Source of the DNA: Ophelia neglecta
Taxonomy: Eukaryota
NCBI GenBank assembly: GCA_965285935.1
Contig: OZ260667.1
Location: 34,720,001-34,784,000, forward strand
Direction of reading: 5' to 3'
DNA length: 64,000 nucleotides
The notes below the pieces were generated by a model. It ran no database searches and was not told the origin of the DNA. It saw only the letters and a program-made list of their open reading frames with translations. The position numbers and the translations under genes are program-made. The first letter of the stretch is position 1. The number at the start of each line of letters is the position of its first letter. Positions 57,534 through 64,000 of this stretch are shown here, piece after piece.

Positions 57534-60500
57534 ATGAAAATTGGATCTCTGAACATAAACGGTTTAGTGAATTCCGCCCAAAAATCCACACTCTTATGTG
57601 AACTTGTGAAGAGGAACTCCCTGGACATTTTGTGCTTCCAGGAGACCCACTTCAACAGGATAGAGGAGGCGAAGAACTCCCTGACAAATCTAAACGGTAA
57701 ATTATTTTTTAGTAATGCACCTTGTCAACGTAGATGTGGCGTCGCCATTTGGTTCGCCCAGCCTGATAAATTCACTTTTATTGACACAAGTTCTGATAAA
57801 GAAGGCAGAGTAATAAGTGTTAAGGTCAAAATTGCTGAAATAATACTAAACATTATGTCTATTTACGCGCCAAATATCCCCAGCGATAGAGCCAAGTTCT
57901 TAGACACTATTCCAAATTACATTATCCAGAATGATAACGGGATTTTAGACTCTGAAATTGTAATGTGCGGAGACTATAATTGTGTAGAAGATTTAAATAT
58001 GGACAGAGTAGGTAAATCTAGCTGGAAGAACTGTCTTACTGGCGCCCTCCAGATCAATCAGATTAAACAGCACTTTTCACTAACCGATATCTTTCGGACC
58101 TTGAATCCTGAAACTTTCAAATATTCGCACTATTGTAAAAGGTATGAATGTAAAACTAGAATAGATAGAATATACACGGGACAAGGCTTCAAAACCCTAG
58201 TCACGAAAGCCGACGTGACGCCATGTACATTTAGTGATCACTCGCTAGTATTTTGTACTTTTCATTTAAATGACAAGACTAGAGGACCAGGTACCTGGAA
58301 AATTAACAGTTCCATGCTTAAGGATAGGGCTTTCAACATAGAAATTCAGAAACTTTGGGCAGATTGGCAACAGCAAAAAGATAACTATTCTAGTACTCCA
58401 ATATGGTGGGATATAGGGAAATTCAAAATTAAACAAATCTGTCAGCAATATGGCAAGAAGAAACGGAAACAAGAGAACCATTATTTAGACACACTACGCG
58501 CGAAATATAACTCTATGATGCAGGAAATTGATAGTACAGACACCCCATCCGACAATCTAGTAAATAAGGTAGACCAGGTTAAATCTGAAATTACTAAACT
58601 AGATAGTAAAAGAGCAGAAAGCGTAATTATTCGTTCAAAAATACAGTATAGGGAAGAAGGCGAAAAGTGTACAGCCTATTTTATTAATCTAGAAAAACGG
58701 AATGCGGTTGATAAAATATTTGACGCTCTAAGAACGCCTAGCGGCCAAGTTTTAACAGACCAGAACGAAATTTTACGGGAGCAAGCCTCCTTTTACGAGG
58801 ACTTGTATACCGCACAAGAAACAGATCCTGTAGCACAGGATATCTTACTTAGCAAGGTAGATACCCAAGTATCAGAAACTGACAAGAATAACTGTGAAGG
58901 TGACATCACTTTTGATGAAGCCTGTAAGGCCACAAATAGATTTAAAAACAACAAAAGCCCGGGCTCAGACGGCTTAACCGCCGAGTTCTGGAAACACTTC
59001 TTCTACTTAATGGGCCGCGACCTTGTAGAAGTAGCTAATTTATCCCAACGCACGGGAATACTGCCGACTAGCCAACGGCGAGCTATTCTAACTCTCATAT
59101 TTAAAAAAGGTGACAAACTCGATTTGCAAAATTGGAGACCAATCTCGTTACTTAATGTAGATTACAAAATTATCACTAAATGTTTAGCGAGTAGGCTGAA
59201 AGATGTACTACCTACGATAATACACCCCGATCAAACCTGCGCTATCAAAGGTAGATCAATTGACCAGACCACGGCTTTCATCCGTGATTTAATCCAGTAT
59301 GTAAACACAAATAATCTACCCGGAGCCGTCGTAGCTCTAGACCAAATGAAAGCCTTTGACCGGGTAAACTGGTCATTTATGTTCAAAACTTTAGAAAAAT
59401 TTGGTTTCGGCCCGCAATTTATTCGCTGGGTAAAACTACTTTATACCGACATATTTAGCTGCATTAAATGCAACGGATTTCTTAGTGCGTATTTTAAGAT
59501 AAATCAAGGCACTAGGCAGGGCGACCCGATAAGCGGACTGCTTTATATTATTGTAGCCGAGGTTTTCTCTGTTAATGTTCGCAAAGAAGCAAAAATTAGA
59601 GGAAAAACCCTCCCGAACGGGGAGGAAAGTAAGCTCAGTGCGTATGCCGACGACACGACCGTCCACGTGTCGGACATAGAGTCAATAGACACTTTATTCT
59701 CACTATTGAGAGTATATGAGGCCGCCTCAGGGGCGAAAATTAACATGTCGAAATGCGAGGGCCTGTTCATAGGTTCATTTCGAGACAGGGTAGACAAACC
59801 GATGAATCTCAGGTGGTTTTCTACGAGCATAAAAGTGTTAGGGTTTCATTTCGGCAATATCGACACAGCCGAAATTAACTGGAAACCGAAAATTGATAAA
59901 TTCAAAAAGATACTTCGCATATGGAACATGAGAAATTTGACCTATAGTGGTAGGAGTACAATTATAAATTCAGTAGCAACGGCCCGCATCTGGTATTACT
60001 CTAATGTAATTCCTATGCCCGATAAATATCTACAAGAAATACAGACAGAAATCATAAAATTCTTCTGGAAATATAAGCAGCACTTAGTTAACAAGAAGGT
60101 ATTACAGCAAAAGCAAGATAGCGGAGGGCAATATGTGATTGATGTGAAAGATAAAATCACAGCGCAGAGATGCCTGTGGATATCCAAACTGTTCAAACCG
60201 CAGCCCTGCAAATATCAGTCATTAGCTGATTATTTCATCGGCCAATATAAAAACGTTAGCTTGGGGAGAGACATCCTCCGATCAAAGATATCCCAGTCCC
60301 GTGAAAATCTAATAAACATGCCGAAATTTTATAAAGAATGTCTAAGTGCATGGTGTGATTTTAAGGTCCAATCCGTATCACCGGCGGTTAATAAGCTTAG
60401 TGTTCTTAATGAACCACTATTCCTTAACCCGAGAATCACCTACGGAGCCAGAGAGCACACTTTCTTTAATGCTGGGTATATCACAGCCGGTATCACTCAA

Positions 60501-61406
60501 ATTAAACACATTGTAGGGAGATTAAGCTTCCTACACTTCCCGGAGACAATAGTAAGCCGGGCTGGCCTCCCGTTAGAACCCGGAAATGTAAATTACTACC
60601 ACCGGCTGACCGCGGCGATCCCCGCAGAGTTTCAGCGTGAGCTGGCTCGCGGCAGCCGTGGCCAGCAAACATATCAGCCCAAACTGGGCATCTATTGTGA
60701 ACACTTCAAAGATGGCATACTAGAATTAGATAAATTCACAATGGCTAAATTGTATCGAATATTGGGTGAACGCTCAGTTAATACCGACTTTGTTAAACTG
60801 AAAGCCTGGCAACACATTTTCGATAACCCGACATTGCAGGCTAAGCAAATATTCACCAACGTTTACCGCAAATCAAGGTCTAGGATCATATCCGACTTTC
60901 AGTTCAAGTTTATTCACATGGCTTTGCCTACTAACAAAAGGTTATTCCATATGGACATAAAAGATAGCGCGAGCTGTCCACTGTGCGATCACGCCAGTGA
61001 AACCGTTTTACATAGCATGCACACGTGCCCGCATGCCGCTCGGCTCTGGGCTGCAGTGGCACCTATTTTCACGAGGTTAACTGGTAGCCCGCCGAGATTA
61101 TATGAAATATGTTTCGGTTTTTCCCATAAACATAAACAACTTGATGAAGGAATAATACACTTGGCCAACTTTCTAGTGTTTCTGGCCAAACACTGTATCT
61201 GGCGCGCCAGAAAACAAGTATTAGACGGCCGCAGTATAATCGCGTATTCTATATTCTTTAATTCTCTAAAATCTAGAGTTAAGGAAGAACATAGCCATTA
61301 TAAAGTAAATGACCCTTCAAACAGGGAGAAATTCATCAAACTATGGTGTTGCAATAATGCCATAGCAACCGTCGACGATGATTTCGACCTTCAACTCAAC
61401 CTATAA
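57534..61406 (+). CDS. Tx1 ORF2: APE endonuclease, reverse transcriptase and zf-RVT
   Basis: Motifs SLNINGL, CFQETH, SIYAPN, CGDYN, RIDRIY, SDH, GPGTWKIN, KSPGSDG, NWRPISLLNVDYK, DQMKAFD, QGDPIS, AYADD and CPLC..ETVLH..C, with no stops. Confidence 0.97.
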   Translation: MKIGSLNINGLVNSAQKSTLLCELVKRNSLDILCFQETHFNRIEEAKNSLTNLNGKLFFSNAPCQRRCGVAIWFAQPDKFTFIDTSSDKEGRVISVKVKIAEIILNIMSIYAPNIPSDRAKFLDTIPNYIIQNDNGILDSEIVMCGDYNCVEDLNMDRVGKSSWKNCLTGALQINQIKQHFSLTDIFRTLNPETFKYSHYCKRYECKTRIDRIYTGQGFKTLVTKADVTPCTFSDHSLVFCTFHLNDKTRGPGTWKINSSMLKDRAFNIEIQKLWADWQQQKDNYSSTPIWWDIGKFKIKQICQQYGKKKRKQENHYLDTLRAKYNSMMQEIDSTDTPSDNLVNKVDQVKSEITKLDSKRAESVIIRSKIQYREEGEKCTAYFINLEKRNAVDKIFDALRTPSGQVLTDQNEILREQASFYEDLYTAQETDPVAQDILLSKVDTQVSETDKNNCEGDITFDEACKATNRFKNNKSPGSDGLTAEFWKHFFYLMGRDLVEVANLSQRTGILPTSQRRAILTLIFKKGDKLDLQNWRPISLLNVDYKIITKCLASRLKDVLPTIIHPDQTCAIKGRSIDQTTAFIRDLIQYVNTNNLPGAVVALDQMKAFDRVNWSFMFKTLEKFGFGPQFIRWVKLLYTDIFSCIKCNGFLSAYFKINQGTRQGDPISGLLYIIVAEVFSVNVRKEAKIRGKTLPNGEESKLSAYADDTTVHVSDIESIDTLFSLLRVYEAASGAKINMSKCEGLFIGSFRDRVDKPMNLRWFSTSIKVLGFHFGNIDTAEINWKPKIDKFKKILRIWNMRNLTYSGRSTIINSVATARIWYYSNVIPMPDKYLQEIQTEIIKFFWKYKQHLVNKKVLQQKQDSGGQYVIDVKDKITAQRCLWISKLFKPQPCKYQSLADYFIGQYKNVSLGRDILRSKISQSRENLINMPKFYKECLSAWCDFKVQSVSPAVNKLSVLNEPLFLNPRITYGAREHTFFNAGYITAGITQIKHIVGRLSFLHFPETIVSRAGLPLEPGNVNYYHRLTAAIPAEFQRELARGSRGQQTYQPKLGIYCEHFKDGILELDKFTMAKLYRILGERSVNTDFVKLKAWQHIFDNPTLQAKQIFTNVYRKSRSRIISDFQFKFIHMALPTNKRLFHMDIKDSASCPLCDHASETVLHSMHTCPHAARLWAAVAPIFTRLTGSPPRLYEICFGFSHKHKQLDEGIIHLANFLVFLAKHCIWRARKQVLDGRSIIAYSIFFNSLKSRVKEEHSHYKVNDPSNREKFIKLWCCNNAIATVDDDFDLQLNL

Positions 61407-62128
61407 TTTTGTGTATTTATCAACACATGTTATGATTTGAATGGATACTGCTGGCTCTCGGTTTGCTTTCCAGAACTACTACGATGACGACAGAGGGCTG
61501 ACCCGATGTTCAAGTGGTGTGGTGACGGGGAGTAGACTGGAGTAGTACGCGAAGACTGTGGCCGGAGAGAGAGAAAGAGTAGTAGGATTGGATACACCTG
61601 GAATGACCGGATACCTGCACAGTGATCAGAGGCATAGCATAGCTACCTCTACAGTGACAGGACTCTCGACGGACGGAGGCCGCGGAGGCCTGGGTGGTGG
61701 TGTCTGCCCCGCGGTGCAGTTGCCCATGTTTCGCCGGGTTTAGCCGGGCACTGTATCACAGTGCCTGGGCGGGCGTGGGCCTCTGTACTTGGTGTGGTTG
61801 CTGCCTCCCAGGCGTCTTCGGCCCCAAAGCAATAGAAACATAAAGACCATTTGTTATCAAGTATAATAGAACTAACCTAACCGATAAATTAAATCACGGA
61901 ATTCAAAAGGACAATATATCTATAATCAAATTACCCAACATATATCTGATATTATACATCAAACCACAGGATAACAATTTAGATCTTATTTGAATTCAAG
62001 ATAAAGTATTATTAGATTAAGCTATATACACTTGTTATGTAAATATATTTTGTTATGTTAATAAAGTGGCGGTTTTGCCAATGTTCAAGAAAAAAAAAAA
62101 AAAACATTTCCGGGGCTACTTTTTTTTT

Positions 62129-62360
62129 ACCTGCGCACACATGGCTCAAAACAGTACCTGCGTGCGCATGTGTCATAAGGTAGATGCGCACGCATGACTG
62201 GTTTTGAGACATGCGCGCGCATGTAACGTTTTTGAATCATGCGCGCGCATGTACGGTTTTGAGACATGCGCGCGCATGTACGGTTTTGAGACATGCGCGC
62301 GCATGAACGGTTTTCAGACATGCGCACGCAGGTACCATTTAGACACATGCTCGCGCATGT
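62129..62360. repeat. ~27-bp minisatellite of palindromic ACATGCGCGCGCATGT units, with an inverted first unit
   Basis: GAGACATGCGCGCGCATGTACGGTTTT repeated about six times, plus an inverted copy at 62129-62170. Confidence 0.85.
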
Positions 62361-64000
62361 GCTGTTTAATTTTTAGTCTTAATTCAATATTATGCTTGTG
62401 TTAACTTCGATTCGTGGTATGTGTAAGTATTGCTAAATACAAGTTCCACAATGTTAGCAATCAATGTTTTGAGGAAAGAAAAATAAAGGTACAATAAAGT
62501 CATATCCCGGGTGACACTGCGCATGTCTGGACCCTTCCATACATATTCACCACTTTTACCTCAGCTGATGGGGAGAGAAGTGGTGGAGACTCGAACGGGC
62601 GATCTCACGCATGTACTTTGGGGAAATATATCAATAGTATTGGAGGAGCGATTAATTTTCGCACCCCCCCCCCCCCCCTCCCTTAGCCTAGACATCTTGC
62701 AGTACTGTGGCCTCATTCATCATGTTTATCTTCCCCAAACTCATCAAGGGGCCATTGCATGCAGGGTGTCAGGCGGGATACATTTATTACCTGGACATAA
62801 TTAAAATCTTATCACTATGCAATTTTGTCATAAAATTTTTCTCCATGTTTCTTTGTTCTAAATAATGGCGCAGAATAGCACAACTGTTTGCTTAACTTTC
62901 TACAATATTTTCAACTTATGGTGTTGGAAAAGTACAGTTACGTTTTATTATAACATGTTTATTTACTTATGGAGTACTATATTTGTAATAACATGTATAC
63001 TTTATATCACATGTTGGAGTAGGGGTTCTATAATGTGATCAAATAAAGTATATTGTCATTTGTTTAATTTATATTCAATTTAGATTGCTTTAAGATGTGT
63101 GTAAATCACCTGAGAAATACAGCGTACAAATATTGTAAACCTTTATGCCATAAAAAAGTATGTTAAAGAAAGCTACAAAGTATGTTCTAGCAAGATAGAA
63201 AGCTATGGCATGCTTGTTATATTTGTTTTAAAGTATAGCTTTTATCATTTATGTCAGTGTTGCCCCATTATTAGTATTATTATTTTATTATCTTTAACTT
63301 TCTGGAGAGCAAGACATACATAGACATTATATACATTCACACATATACATACATATATTTAAACCCCCCCCCCCCCACACACACACACACACACATGCAC
63401 AGCACAGCACACCCGCTCCAATGTATTTCAGGTATTTCAGGTATTTATTACTGTATGTTTATTACAACCATGTCAGCTTGCCACTAGTGAAGTTTCACCT
63501 CTGTCTAGCCTTGAAGTATTGTATAATCATAATATATAAGGTATTTGACGTTTGATTAAAAAATAAAATTGTGACTTAATAGAAGTTACGTGTAGTAGTT
63601 GAGATAATATGAATGACTGCTACTGGTTTACCTTGATAGAAGGTTATGACTGATTTAATAGATGATTTACTTATAGTTGTATGGGGAAAATAAAACGTGG
63701 AAATATAAGATGTAGTAAGAAAAAATAGCTAGCTGTCACTTAGTGGCCTGATCATGGCGAGTCATTTACATTTATATGATGGTGTACGTATTGACTTATA
63801 TATAATTAATTGTAATTAGTATAAATGTTTAGAATCAAACCAAAACAGAACAAAACATTTATGCATAGACATACGATAACGGTTTCAAACCATATCAACC
63901 CTGGAGCCGGCAAGTCTCTGATCACGTTTTTTGAGCGCTCTTTTAATGTAAAGACCAAGATTATTAAGTATACGAGTATCGTCTGAATTAAACAGCTGTT

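Larger units (their letters stand above)
56285..62104 (+). mobile_element. Full-length, near-intact Tx1-clade (L1 group) non-LTR retrotransposon
   Basis: ORF1 with a CCHC knuckle, intact 1290-aa ORF2, ~680-nt 3' UTR, AATAAA at 62060-62065 and poly(A)15 at 62090-62104. Confidence 0.93.

Overview
AT-rich, intron-containing animal genomic DNA, probably from a marine invertebrate (a lophotrochozoan such as an annelid is my inference). Four host genes lie on the + strand: a 3-exon secreted, probably GPI-anchored YHYH-domain protein (13581-14963), an intact 12-exon kynureninase (21026-26473), a secreted Pro/Tyr/Gln-rich protein with two PAN/apple-like domains (29231-34292), and an intronless membrane-anchored FkbM-type methyltransferase (48659-49699). 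The rest is mostly transposons. There are three decayed RTE-X-like LINEs, two of them split by nested Helentron-type (HINE/DINE-1-like) elements and other DNA elements, plus MITEs, minisatellites and a tRNA-Glu pseudogene. There is also a near-intact full-length Tx1-clade LINE (56285-62104). The main findings are: (1) the Tx1 element starts with a partly duplicated U5 snRNA-like 5' sequence and its poly(A) tail abuts a U5-like downstream motif, suggesting a U5 loop-1-targeting or U5-headed retrotransposon; (2) a 4.7-kb HINE carries what looks like a spliced coiled-coil cargo gene; (3) two diverged RTE-X-like elements share an in-frame, ATG-less TAG-G junction between ORF1 and ORF2, suggesting stop-codon readthrough. 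All calls come from reading the sequence by eye; no searches were run.
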